A stretch of DNA of 45,521 nt from an uncultured Candidatus Cloacimonadota bacterium (GTDB lineage Bacteria; Cloacimonadota; Cloacimonadia; JGIOTU-2). Of the stretch, positions 9,085 through 19,156 are shown one piece after another (position 1 is the first letter of the stretch; each line of letters starts with the position of its first letter). The notes below the pieces were generated by a model. The model was not told where the DNA came from. It made no database searches and saw nothing but the letters and a program-made list of their open reading frames with translations. Made by a program: the position numbers and the translations under genes. Where the stretch lies: contig CAYUTH010000002.1 in NCBI GenBank assembly GCA_964447485.1, positions 1 through 45,521 of the forward strand. Direction: 5' to 3'.

Positions 9085-11240
9085 TGAAGAAGCAAGAGCA
9101 ACCCAAATTACTTTTAATCGCTCCATATTTCTACCCTCGCAATTACGGTGGGGCAGTAAAAATTTATCATGATCTAATGAGATCATTGCAAAATTTTAAT
9201 ATTGCTATCTTGTCAGAAAGTCAAGGGGTAGAACAAAATAAAATTACTAACTTTGATAATACTTCCTATAAAAAATTTAATTATTCAATGACAAGAATGA
9301 AAAAGCTTATTCTACATTTCACTTCATCAAACAGAATACTGTACATTTTTGAGATTATCTTTTTCGTTTTTTCTTCTATTATACAATTTTATAAAATCAT
9401 CAAAGGCATTAAACCCGATATCATTATTTGTGGAGATACATTTAATTGTGGTTGGCTCATTCAAATTGTTTCTAATAAAATAACAATAATAAATTATATT
9501 CATGGAGAAGAAATCACTCAAGAAACTAAAAGAGGTGGGTTTGTAAATTTTTTAAAACGATACCAGAAAATAGCTATTAATAAAGCTAATTTGAATATTG
9601 TCCCCAGTTCTTTCACGAAAGAAGTAATCAGAAAGTTTTCTAATGTAAAACCAAATAAAATATTAATCCTACCAAACTTCATTGACACTAAAATATTCTA
9701 TCCTTTAAAAAATCGGGAAAAAATAAGAAACGAATTATCGTGGTCAGATAAGATCATTCTATTAACAATTGCCCGATTAGTTCCCAGAAAAGGTGTAGAC
9801 AAAGTCCTTCTGGCACTAAATAGAAAACAGCGAAATGGGGAACTGCCAAACAATTGGAAATATATTATTGGTGGAGAAGGAAAAGAAAAAGAAAACCTCC
9901 AAGCCCTTTGCAAACAATTAAATTTGGAAAATCATGTTGATTTTATTGGTTTTGTAGACGATAAAAGAATCAGAGAATTGTATGGTGCTGCTGATGTTTT
10001 TATTATGGCTAATAGGGAAATTCATGGTGATACGGAAGGTTTTGGAATAGTCTTTCTGGAAGCGAACGCTTGCGGCACACCCGTAATTGGAGGTATTGCC
10101 GGAGGTACAAAAGATGCCATAAAAGATAAAATTACCGGATTGCGAATTGATGGTAATGATGTAAATGAAATTGGTGATGCAATTTTAAATTTACTGAATC
10201 ATGAAAAAACAAGAAAATTTATGGGGAATCAGGGACTTAAAAATGTAATAAAAAATCATAGTATAAAAACTGCTTCAAACAAATTAAATGTTATTCTGTT
10301 TCTTTTAAATAAAAGAAAATATCCTTCGTTAAATACCTTCAATAATATGAAATTAACAGTAAGTATTATCATCCCAACCTATAATATGGCAAAATATCTA
10401 CCTAACGCTATTGATAGTGTATTGGCTCAAACATATAAAAATTATGAGATTATTGTAATAGATGATGGCTCTACAGATAACACAAGAATAATTCTCAACA
10501 AATATAAGGATAAAATCAAATATGTATATCAAAAGAACAAAGGACTTGCTTGCGCTCGTAATACTGGACTAAAATATTCAACGGGTAGATACATTGCTTT
10601 ATTGGATGCTGATGATTTGTGGCTTCCGAACAGGCTCTCCGAAGAAGTCCCAATACTTGATAACAATCCCAAAATTGGACTTGTACACGCTAATGCTATT
10701 GATATTGATGAGGAAGGAAATACACTCGGGCTTACTACACAATCACCAAGATTGAGAAAAAAGAATATGGCGTTGAACCTTCTTTTAAGAAAAGAACACA
10801 TTCTCTGTCTGACAGTTCTTTTTAGAAAAGACTGCCTTAAATATGTTGGAATGTTTGATGAAAACTTGACATGGCTGGGAGTAGAGGATAGAGATCTTTG
10901 GGTTCGTATCGCTCAACATTTCAGAATAGAATATATTGATAAACCTCTCGCATTACATCGCATTCGTTCTGATGCAATGAGCAGAAATATAGAGAATATG
11001 ATGAAAGCACGTTATTACGTCGTTGATAAATACAACCCAAGATCCTCTTGCTTGAGCTTTATGAGAAGACAAATGTTGAGTGCTATTCATTTTGAAGTTG
11101 CAGACGGTCTTTCGTGGCGTGGTGAACCAAGAAAATCTCTAAAACAATACTGGAAAGCCCTAAAATTTTACCCCTTCAATATTATAATCTATATCAATTT
11201 TCTGAAAGCAATTATAAAGACAATATTTAATGTTTCTTAA
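9081..11240 (+). CDS. Two-domain glycosyltransferase: N-terminal GT4 (GT-B) fused to C-terminal GT2 (GT-A)
   Basis: Residues 1 to about 400 carry GDTEGFGIVFLEANACGTPVIGG (the EX7E region of GT4). Residues from about 423 carry VSIIIPTYNMAKYLPNAIDSVLAQTYKNYEIIVIDDGSTDNT and ARNTGLKYSTGRYIALLDADDLWLPNRL. This is a single uninterrupted 719-codon ORF. Its ATGATG start overlaps the preceding stop. Confidence 0.85.
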   Translation: MMKKQEQPKLLLIAPYFYPRNYGGAVKIYHDLMRSLQNFNIAILSESQGVEQNKITNFDNTSYKKFNYSMTRMKKLILHFTSSNRILYIFEIIFFVFSSIIQFYKIIKGIKPDIIICGDTFNCGWLIQIVSNKITIINYIHGEEITQETKRGGFVNFLKRYQKIAINKANLNIVPSSFTKEVIRKFSNVKPNKILILPNFIDTKIFYPLKNREKIRNELSWSDKIILLTIARLVPRKGVDKVLLALNRKQRNGELPNNWKYIIGGEGKEKENLQALCKQLNLENHVDFIGFVDDKRIRELYGAADVFIMANREIHGDTEGFGIVFLEANACGTPVIGGIAGGTKDAIKDKITGLRIDGNDVNEIGDAILNLLNHEKTRKFMGNQGLKNVIKNHSIKTASNKLNVILFLLNKRKYPSLNTFNNMKLTVSIIIPTYNMAKYLPNAIDSVLAQTYKNYEIIVIDDGSTDNTRIILNKYKDKIKYVYQKNKGLACARNTGLKYSTGRYIALLDADDLWLPNRLSEEVPILDNNPKIGLVHANAIDIDEEGNTLGLTTQSPRLRKKNMALNLLLRKEHILCLTVLFRKDCLKYVGMFDENLTWLGVEDRDLWVRIAQHFRIEYIDKPLALHRIRSDAMSRNIENMMKARYYVVDKYNPRSSCLSFMRRQMLSAIHFEVADGLSWRGEPRKSLKQYWKALKFYPFNIIIYINFLKAIIKTIFNVS

Positions 11241-11382
11241 ATTATATTTTTGAGCATAAAAGACAAAAGTTAGTTCTTAAATTTTCTGTAATTCTTTGCT
11301 TTAAAACCTCTTGAAAGTAATTAATTTACCAATAAGTTGACAAATATTTTTTAAATCAAGAAATAAATGTGGAGTTCTGTAG

Positions 11383-12546
11383 ATGCCAAAAAAATACCTG
11401 ATTTCTTTTTTGATAGCAATTTTATTTGCGAGCATACTTTATGCCGGAGGGATTGAAGTCCCTTTACCAAAAAATGGCATAGATGTTCTGGATAAAGAGA
11501 ATGATCTTATAAGTGCTGGCTTAAACAGACTTAATCCCCCTATTAGTGCAGAGGAATACAAATCCTTACAATTCCAGGAAGGCAACCTTGATTTCTTGTC
11601 TGCTGAAGAACGGACATATTATATAACTGGTGGAGACATCCTCATCATTAAACTTCCCGATGAAAAAGAATTTACTGAATTCGAAGTTAATTTTGAGGGT
11701 TATATTACACTTCCGAAGATGGGAAATTTCAAAGCAGAGGGACTCACTATAGGGGAATTAGAAAAATCAATCTTTTTCAGTCTCCCTCTTTATTTACGAA
11801 GACAAGAGGAAGTTCAGGTTCAGATAAAAGAGAAGCGTAAATACATTCAGGTATTAGGATATGTTGGCACACCTGGATGGTATCTATTGCCTGAGAATGC
11901 TGGAATTCAGGGAGCCTTCGTTGCTGCTGGTGGAATTAACGATGGATCGATCTGGAACGAGATAAACCTATATAGGACAACCTATAGTCTTAAATCAACT
12001 GAACAAAAATTAATTGTTGTTGACATGTTTACCTTCCTCAAATCCACTGATTATAATATATTGCCACAATTAAAATCAAAAGATATCATTGTAGTTCCTA
12101 TGACTCCGCTAATGGGAACGGTAAAAAGATCCCTGGGTGCGTGGACCCCACCCCAGGAAAGACTTGAAACTGATACTGAAGATAAAATCCGTGTTGCAGG
12201 AATGGTCGGAAATCCAAGTTTGTTAGAACCAATAAAAGGAAGTAATCTACTTGATATCCTTATATCTGCAGGCGGCACAAGTCCAGATGCTGATCTGCAA
12301 CATATATTTTTAGTAAAAAAATTGAAAGACGGAAAGTATAGAACAAAAGTTGTTGATTTGAAAAAATATATTGAAGATAAGAACTTTCAGGACATTCCAT
12401 ATGTAGGAGAAGGGGAAACAGTCTATGTGCCGGAGAAAAGAAAGACATGGGTATATAAAGCATGGAAAGGGTCAATTGATTTCCTGAAAGACTTCTTGTA
12501 TCTTGTATCTGCATTTTCAACTCTCTATCTACTTTCACGACAATAA
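11383..12546 (+). CDS. wza: Polysaccharide export protein, Wza/OPX family
   Basis: It has a signal peptide, a Poly_export-like block (YYITGGDILIIKLP...GYITLPKMGNFKAEGLTIGELEKSI) and two SLBB-like blocks (VQVLGYVGTPGWYLLP...AGGIND; IRVAGMVGNPSLLEPIKGSNLLDILISAGG). Confidence 0.85.
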   Translation: MPKKYLISFLIAILFASILYAGGIEVPLPKNGIDVLDKENDLISAGLNRLNPPISAEEYKSLQFQEGNLDFLSAEERTYYITGGDILIIKLPDEKEFTEFEVNFEGYITLPKMGNFKAEGLTIGELEKSIFFSLPLYLRRQEEVQVQIKEKRKYIQVLGYVGTPGWYLLPENAGIQGAFVAAGGINDGSIWNEINLYRTTYSLKSTEQKLIVVDMFTFLKSTDYNILPQLKSKDIIVVPMTPLMGTVKRSLGAWTPPQERLETDTEDKIRVAGMVGNPSLLEPIKGSNLLDILISAGGTSPDADLQHIFLVKKLKDGKYRTKVVDLKKYIEDKNFQDIPYVGEGETVYVPEKRKTWVYKAWKGSIDFLKDFLYLVSAFSTLYLLSRQ

Positions 12547-12549
12547 ATT

Positions 12550-13206
12550 ATGAATCCAACAAAAGATCTAAAAACATATAATTTTGTGGAATTCACCCGA
12601 ATGAACAAAGTTATATCCAAAGAAATTCAAAGACAAGGCGGGAAAACCATTCTCTTTACAAGCGGTAGTGGAGCAGAGGGTAAGACTTTTATGGCTGTCA
12701 ATCTGGCTTTGAATTACATCAAAAACACACCTCAGAGAATTCTCCTGGTTGATATGAATTTGAGGAATCCACAAATGCATAAAATCTTTGGACTGCCAAA
12801 AGAGAATGGGATAACTGATATTATCAATGATAAAATTCCTTATGAAGACGCACTAAAAAATACTGAATTTCCTAATCTCAAAGTAATTACTAGTGGAACA
12901 TATGGTGGTATTGTTGCTCAATCTTTTAACGATCTACGATTTGTCATCGAAGAACTCAGACAATCGGTAGATATTGTTATCTTTGAATCCTCTCCAATAT
13001 TAGTTTCGAATAGGGGAAACATTGACCCTTCAATATTGAGCTCTCTCATAGACACTGTTGTGCTCGTTGTGCTCGCACGAAAAACAAGAAAAATGTCCGT
13101 ATTAAAAGCCAACGAACTTATACATCTGGCAGGTGGTGAGATTTTTGGCGTTGTCATGAATAATAAATATGTTCCTAAGGAGAAGAAGAGGCAGAAAGGT
13201 GTTTAG
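12550..13206 (+). CDS. CpsD/CapB-type P-loop ATPase (BY-kinase catalytic-domain homologue)
   Basis: Walker A is SGSGAEGKTFMAVNLA, Walker A' is ILLVDMNLRNPQMHKIFGL and the Walker B-like block is DIVIFESSPI. The C-terminus NNKYVPKEKKRQKGV has one Tyr only. Confidence 0.8.
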   Translation: MNPTKDLKTYNFVEFTRMNKVISKEIQRQGGKTILFTSGSGAEGKTFMAVNLALNYIKNTPQRILLVDMNLRNPQMHKIFGLPKENGITDIINDKIPYEDALKNTEFPNLKVITSGTYGGIVAQSFNDLRFVIEELRQSVDIVIFESSPILVSNRGNIDPSILSSLIDTVVLVVLARKTRKMSVLKANELIHLAGGEIFGVVMNNKYVPKEKKRQKGV

Positions 13207-13220
13207 AGGTAAAATAAACC

Positions 13221-14291
13221 ATGCAACAAATTGATATATCAGAATATACTCAAGTCCTGAAGGAACACAAGAAACAAATCATCATTGTGTTCTTATGTAT
13301 TTTCATTCCTGTATTTTTTATCAGCTTTGAAATCATATCCACTTATGAAAGTGAAGCAACTTTATTTATTGAAAAAGTGCCATTGAAGACAGAGGAGATC
13401 ATATTTCGCCGTGGTTCATCCCGAATAGATATAACTAGGGAAATTGTAAGATTACGATCTCTGGATTTCACTCAATCAGTTGTGAGGTCCCTGCCTGAAA
13501 AAACTTTTTTTGAACTGCACAAAGAACTCAGTCTTAATGAGAGGGTCATGCAGAGGATAAAAAAACTTATTGGGACAAAAGCCTACAATTCTCTTAAGAA
13601 AATATCTGGAAGAGCCTTAGAGGATAATCAAAGCGAACGACAAATTGAAAAGAATGTGCTGCTAAAAATACAAGAAAGCATAAATATAAAATATCGTGGA
13701 GATGGAGTTCTTACTATATCTGCGATAACTCAAGATCCTGAAATATCTTACCAAATTGTAAATGCTTATTCAACACTTTGGCAGAGTATGAATCTTCAAG
13801 AGAATAAAGAAGATGTTGTTTCTGCACGTAAGTTTATTGAAGAAGAACTGGAAACATCATCCCAGAAACTCAACGTCGCCGAAGATAATTATCTGAAATA
13901 TAAACAATACATCGGAGTTCCTCTTCATTATAACTATCAAGAAGAATGGGAGATTGAAAGTGTTGACCCCGAATTGGCACGGCTCTCCTCAGAAGTGAAA
14001 TCTAATCGTGCAAATTATAATGCCTGGTATAACAAATTACGGGAGATACAAATCTGGGAAAGACTTATAAGAAGCGATATTCAAGTAATAGATGTTCCCC
14101 AAATCCCAGAAAAGCCTACTGGTTCGAGTAAAATGAGAACGCGATTCATTGGGTTTATTTTTGCTCTATTTATCGCACTTGGTTTGCCAATTATGATTGA
14201 CTTTCTGAAAGATTATGTTAAAAAACCTATCGATATTGAACGACTTCTTAGCGTTCCGGTTGTGGGCGTTATCCCAAATATGGAAAAATAA
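13221..14291 (+). CDS. Polysaccharide co-polymerase / chain-length determinant (Wzz/GumC-like)
   Basis: It has an N-terminal TM helix after IDISEYTQVLKEHKKQ, a long coiled-coil-like periplasmic region and a C-terminal TM helix (FIGFIFALFIALGLPIMIDFL). It is adjacent to the kinase-like gene. Confidence 0.7.
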   Translation: MQQIDISEYTQVLKEHKKQIIIVFLCIFIPVFFISFEIISTYESEATLFIEKVPLKTEEIIFRRGSSRIDITREIVRLRSLDFTQSVVRSLPEKTFFELHKELSLNERVMQRIKKLIGTKAYNSLKKISGRALEDNQSERQIEKNVLLKIQESINIKYRGDGVLTISAITQDPEISYQIVNAYSTLWQSMNLQENKEDVVSARKFIEEELETSSQKLNVAEDNYLKYKQYIGVPLHYNYQEEWEIESVDPELARLSSEVKSNRANYNAWYNKLREIQIWERLIRSDIQVIDVPQIPEKPTGSSKMRTRFIGFIFALFIALGLPIMIDFLKDYVKKPIDIERLLSVPVVGVIPNMEK

Positions 14292-14423
14292 CTTGTAGCC
14301 CGAAGACTTGTAAAAAGCTGTTAATTATATTACTCGAATTCGAGATTTAATGATTATTAATAAACATCTCTGTTTGGCATTTGCTTTTCTTTCTATACTT
14401 AATCTATACTTTTAAAAAATATC

Positions 14424-15908
14424 ATGGCCTATCAAAGAACATTGACCTATCCTCTTCCTGTCCGACTGGGCATAATCGATCAGCCGGTTCTGAACAATAG
14501 ATTCTTCTACTTTGTTGTTTCTTTTTTTATAATTTTACAAGCTATAGTTGTTTATTTTAACATAGAATCAAGAATGTTCATTGCGCTCTGCTATTTTTCA
14601 ATAGCAATTTTATTATTCTTTTCTCTCAACAAACCAGAACTTCCTATCTTTGCAATCACATTATATGTTCCTTTCAGTAAAATTATTGTGGGTAATATTG
14701 CTACTGCTGTCAATTTTACAAATGTACTTCTATTAATGGTTCTATTTTCCTGGTTCATAAGCCACGAATCTCGAGAGGAAAGATTTATAATTAAAACTCC
14801 TCTTAATTTTCCACTTCTCCTTTTTGCATTACTTGGCTTCGTTTCTCTTATTCAGGGTAGTTACCATCTGGCGAATATAGGAGGAGAGGGTTTATTATTT
14901 TCCTTTTGGCGATGGTATGCCCCGATGTTCCTATATATTGTCGTCGTGAACAACATTCGAGATAGAGAGTCAATTAAAAAAGTTTTCATTATTATTATGA
15001 TTACTGCTGTAGTTGTGGCTCTGATCACCATTCGTGAACATGCAGATGTTGGAAATGTCTCAAGTTGGGATAAAGCAAGAATTGGCGGGATTGCGGGAAA
15101 TCCTAATAGTCTCGGCACTTTTTTTGTAAATTATGGACCATTGCTTCTTGGAATTTTTATATATAATGCCCATAAAATCCGGAGCTGGATATTCATGGCT
15201 TTTTTCCTTTTATGCGCCAGGGGTGCGCATGTGACATATTCTCGAGGAACCTGGCTTGCTTTAGGGGTAAGCATAGTATTCATTACAGCTATAACGAGAA
15301 GCAAAAAACTCATCATCCCGGGAATACTACTAATTGGTTTTGTTGCTATCAACCCCTCAATACTGCCCGAAAGTATTACGGGACGATTTAAATCAACCTT
15401 TACAAACGAACAGTCCTATCTCGAACAATCTGTTGAACAGAAGGTTGAAAAAAGTGCTTCTGATAGAATTATCATCTGGAAAGGCGCTCTAAATATGATC
15501 CAACACAACCCGGTTCTTGGATTTGGTTTTGGTGTTTTTCCATATTACATCATGGACTACTCTGAAATTGAGGAACAACGAGATGCACACAACACCTATC
15601 TTCGAATTGCTGCAGAGATGGGGATACCGGCGTTATTAGTATTTCTTTCACTTATCGCAATAGTTTTTTTTACAGCTCTTTGGGTTTTCAGGAATTCCAA
15701 AGATAATTTCTTTAAGGGGTGTTCCGTTGGTTTCATGGGAGGTGTTATTGGTCTTTTAGTAGCATGTATGTTCGGTTCAAGAATGAATTCTCTGGAAATA
15801 TCAGGACAATTCTGGATTATTGCTGCTTTAATGCAAAGACTAAAAATAATAATCACACAAGAGATGATCGATAAAAATAAATCAAAATCTAATGAGAAAA
15901 AAAAATAA
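14424..15908 (+). CDS. wzy: O-antigen ligase/polymerase family membrane protein (Wzy_C domain)
   Basis: 494 aa and polytopic. It has a large loop with SRGTWLALG and DAHNTYLRIAAEMGIPALLVFL, typical of the Wzy_C/O-antigen ligase family. Confidence 0.8.
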   Translation: MAYQRTLTYPLPVRLGIIDQPVLNNRFFYFVVSFFIILQAIVVYFNIESRMFIALCYFSIAILLFFSLNKPELPIFAITLYVPFSKIIVGNIATAVNFTNVLLLMVLFSWFISHESREERFIIKTPLNFPLLLFALLGFVSLIQGSYHLANIGGEGLLFSFWRWYAPMFLYIVVVNNIRDRESIKKVFIIIMITAVVVALITIREHADVGNVSSWDKARIGGIAGNPNSLGTFFVNYGPLLLGIFIYNAHKIRSWIFMAFFLLCARGAHVTYSRGTWLALGVSIVFITAITRSKKLIIPGILLIGFVAINPSILPESITGRFKSTFTNEQSYLEQSVEQKVEKSASDRIIIWKGALNMIQHNPVLGFGFGVFPYYIMDYSEIEEQRDAHNTYLRIAAEMGIPALLVFLSLIAIVFFTALWVFRNSKDNFFKGCSVGFMGGVIGLLVACMFGSRMNSLEISGQFWIIAALMQRLKIIITQEMIDKNKSKSNEKKK

Positions 15909-15975
15909 AAAAGTCGCATTTATATTATCTCAATTTCCGGAACAATACGAAACATTCTTTGTTCAACAAGTTGCT
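15892..15975 (+). pseudogene. Remnant of the 5' end of a WcaL-like GT4 gene
   Basis: KKVAFILSQFPEQYETFFVQQV parallels the N-terminus of CDS 17909 (KTKFALIISQFPETHETFILREI). Similarity is lost after about 28 codons, and the ORF continues as AT-rich nonsense to 16101. Confidence 0.4.
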
Positions 15976-16355
15976 GATAATAATACAAGATTAAATTTAT
16001 TTTTTGTTAAAATAATTGTGCGATTAATACTCGATATGTTAAATTACTTTTTTACAATAAAACAAAATCTGTATTTTAATCAAGCTGATAACCTAATTTG
16101 AATTCAACGGTATTGTAGTGTAATAAAAATTATGATAAAAAATATCACGCTTACGAAACGAGCCTGACTTCATTTTATCGGGAGTAATTGATGAATAAAT
16201 CTAAAATGTTGTCTGCAATTAGCCTACGAAAAATCAGCATTTATACATCTCAAGGAAGGAGAAAACTTATCACGAATTATCTTTATTGTATGGCGTTAAT
16301 TAGTGACAAACATTTAATAAATGTTACAAAATCATGATATTAAAAGGAGCGACAA

Positions 16356-17828
16356 ATGAAAATCTTATTTATCTATCCAGATATTCGCGGTTCTCTTCGT
16401 ATCCACCAGTGTGGTTATTTCTACACTGGAATAGCTAGCCTTTCCGCTGTACTAAAAAACAATAACTACAGTGTAAGCCTTTTACATTATCTTCATGAGC
16501 CATTTAAAAATAAATTTATATCTGATATTATAAAAGAAAATCCAGATCTGGTTGCATATTCGGCAACCACGAATATGTTCACTTTTGTAAAAAAATGGTC
16601 TTACTGGATTCGTAGGTATTTTCCTGCGAAAATACAGATATGTGGCGGAGTCCATCCTACACTAAATACTAACTCTAGTCTTGAAGAATCCGATCTTGAT
16701 GCTGTTTGCATAGGAGAAGGGGAGGAACCTTTATTAGAATTATGCAAACATTTGGAGAGAGGAGCATCTATTCTCGAGAATAATATCAAAAACATTGTGT
16801 ATAAAGACCATAGTAGAACAATCAAACACAATGCATTAAATCCTGTAATGTCCTCCTCAGAATTGAATCAACTTCCATATCCTGATAGAGAATTATTCGA
16901 TGATAATAAGATATGCGATATGAATCGACCAATTGTATTTGTTTCTCGCGGGTGTCCATATAATTGCACATACTGCTGTAATGAAGTTTTAAGAAAAAAA
17001 ACAGGTAATGGAAAAGCGGTGCGTACCCGTAGTGTATCTAATGTAATCGGAGAAATGAAGTATATCATTCATCTTTATCCACATACAAATGGCTTCCATT
17101 TTGATGATGATATTTTTGGAATTAATAGGAATTGGCTTCAAAAGTTTGTTGTTGCTTACAAAAAAGAGATAAGTCTTCCTTTTAGTTGTAACACAAGAGC
17201 TAATCTGATCAATAATGATATAATTAGGTTACTAGTACATGCTGGATGTGATGAAGTTGCGATGGGTGTAGAAACGGGAAATCGTAAACTAAGAAATAAG
17301 GTGCTTGCCCGCGACATGTCAAATACGCAAATCACATCTGCTTTTCGACAATTTGAAGAAGCTGGAATAACAACCCATTCATATAATATGACCGGTTTAC
17401 CTCACGAAACAATATGTAACAGCTTGGAAACAATTAAGTTAAATTCAATTTTGAAGAAAAAAAAATGGACCATGAAAGAATTACGAATTACAATTTTCTA
17501 TCCATATAAAGGAACTAGATTGTATCATGAAGCGGAAAAGCATAATATGCTCACCGAAAAAGATGTTGTAAATTATTCTGATGATACTATTATAAAATCT
17601 AAGACCATGTCTGGACATCAAATTAGATTTATTGCGAAATATTTCAGAATATTAGTTTTGATTTATCAAATAATATTAATTAATAGTAATAATTTTCAAA
17701 AAGTGATATTGAGAATGTTTGACAAATTTATAACTTCAAAGATGGTTGGGAAAATATTATTTCCGTTTTTTAATGCAATATATCCACTCTTAGTCAAAAT
17801 TTTCAGGCTTTTATCATCCAAAGGTTAG
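16356..17828 (+). CDS. B12-binding-domain radical SAM enzyme (class B type)
   Basis: The N-terminal Rossmann-like region (MKILFIYP..., VAYSATTNMF, ICGGVHPT, CIGEGEEP) is followed by VSRGCPYNCTYCCN (CxxxCxxC). A strong RBS (AAGGAG) lies 7 nt upstream. Confidence 0.85.
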   Translation: MKILFIYPDIRGSLRIHQCGYFYTGIASLSAVLKNNNYSVSLLHYLHEPFKNKFISDIIKENPDLVAYSATTNMFTFVKKWSYWIRRYFPAKIQICGGVHPTLNTNSSLEESDLDAVCIGEGEEPLLELCKHLERGASILENNIKNIVYKDHSRTIKHNALNPVMSSSELNQLPYPDRELFDDNKICDMNRPIVFVSRGCPYNCTYCCNEVLRKKTGNGKAVRTRSVSNVIGEMKYIIHLYPHTNGFHFDDDIFGINRNWLQKFVVAYKKEISLPFSCNTRANLINNDIIRLLVHAGCDEVAMGVETGNRKLRNKVLARDMSNTQITSAFRQFEEAGITTHSYNMTGLPHETICNSLETIKLNSILKKKKWTMKELRITIFYPYKGTRLYHEAEKHNMLTEKDVVNYSDDTIIKSKTMSGHQIRFIAKYFRILVLIYQIILINSNNFQKVILRMFDKFITSKMVGKILFPFFNAIYPLLVKIFRLLSSKG

Positions 17829-17908
17829 CATTAGCCGTTAAGAATTTGATGATACCAATTTTATTTAAATTATTTAATACACTATTTATCTACTAAAGGA
17901 GAAAAATA

Positions 17909-19153
17909 ATGTTAAAGGAAAAAAAAGAAAAAACTAAAAAGACAAAATTTGCATTAATAATCTCTCAATTCCCAGAAACTCATGAAACTTTCATTCTGCG
18001 GGAAATCATTGAAATAAAAAACAATAAAATTGATTTTTCTATATTTTCCCTAAAAAAATGTAAGGATAAAATAATTCATCCCCAAGCAAAGGAATTAATG
18101 AAAGAAACATTTTATTCCCCTTTCTTTTTTTCGTGGAATATTATAAAAGCGAACTTTTATTTTATCTTTAAAACCCCTTTCAAAATACTAACAATACTTT
18201 TTTATATTATTAAACATAATTATCAATCTCTTGAATTATTGGTCAAATCTCTGGTAATATTTCCTAAAACGTTGTATTATGCTAATACTTTTCAAAATAA
18301 GGGTGTTGATCATATACACGCTCATTGGGCAACAATTCCAACAACTTCAGCTATAATAATATCAAGACTTACCGGTATTCCATTCAGCTTTACTGCCCAT
18401 GCGTGGGACATTTTTCTGCCCAATCCGATGCTGCAAGAAAAAGTTCGGCGTGCAGAATTTGTTGTGACATGCACCGGTTATAATAAAAAATATCTGGATT
18501 CATTACTTGATTATAAAGAAAATGATAAGATAATCCTGAACTATCATGGTATTGATTTTGATACATTACCGGAAATCAACAAAGATTTCGACGATAACCT
18601 AATCTTATCAATTGGAAGATTGTGTGAACAAAAAGGCTTTCCATATCTTATTGACGCCTGTTCGATTCTTCGTGATAAGGGACATCAATTCAAATGCGTA
18701 ATCGTCGGAGAAGGACCTGACAGAAAATCCCTTACTTCACAAATCAACCAATTGGGATTGCAGGAATATGTTGTTCTCTCCGGCATGAAACCTCAATCTT
18801 ATATTTTCGACATGTTCAATAAGGCAAGAATGTTTGTATTGCCCTGTGTCATTTCAAGAAACGGAGACAGAGATGGCATCCCAAATGTCATGATCGAAGC
18901 TCTGGCATTGAACACGCCAGTGATATCAACAACCGTCTCAGGCATACCTGAGATAATATATAATAACATTACTGGCATCACGGTTGATCCAAAAAATTCT
19001 CGACAGCTTGCCGAGGCAATCATCGGGCTGCTCAATAATCCAGCCGCAGCAGAAACTTTTGTGAAAAATGGCAGAAATCTGGTTGAGGAGAAATTCGACA
19101 TTAAGAAAAATGTTGGAGTATTAGTCTCAATATTAATTAATAGAGATTGTTAA
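17909..19153 (+). CDS. GT4 glycosyltransferase, WcaL-like
   Basis: Motifs present are ISQFPETHETF, HAHWAT, GRLCEQKGF and DGIPNVMIEALALNTPVISTTVSGIPEII. Confidence 0.8.
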   Translation: MLKEKKEKTKKTKFALIISQFPETHETFILREIIEIKNNKIDFSIFSLKKCKDKIIHPQAKELMKETFYSPFFFSWNIIKANFYFIFKTPFKILTILFYIIKHNYQSLELLVKSLVIFPKTLYYANTFQNKGVDHIHAHWATIPTTSAIIISRLTGIPFSFTAHAWDIFLPNPMLQEKVRRAEFVVTCTGYNKKYLDSLLDYKENDKIILNYHGIDFDTLPEINKDFDDNLILSIGRLCEQKGFPYLIDACSILRDKGHQFKCVIVGEGPDRKSLTSQINQLGLQEYVVLSGMKPQSYIFDMFNKARMFVLPCVISRNGDRDGIPNVMIEALALNTPVISTTVSGIPEIIYNNITGITVDPKNSRQLAEAIIGLLNNPAAAETFVKNGRNLVEEKFDIKKNVGVLVSILINRDC

Positions 19154-19156
19154 TAA

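Noticed and set aside
14375-14385. TGGCATTTGCT upstream of the wzy-family gene, considered as a sigma-54 -24/-12 element
   Set aside because: GG and GC are only about 5 nt apart instead of the required 10-nt spacing.
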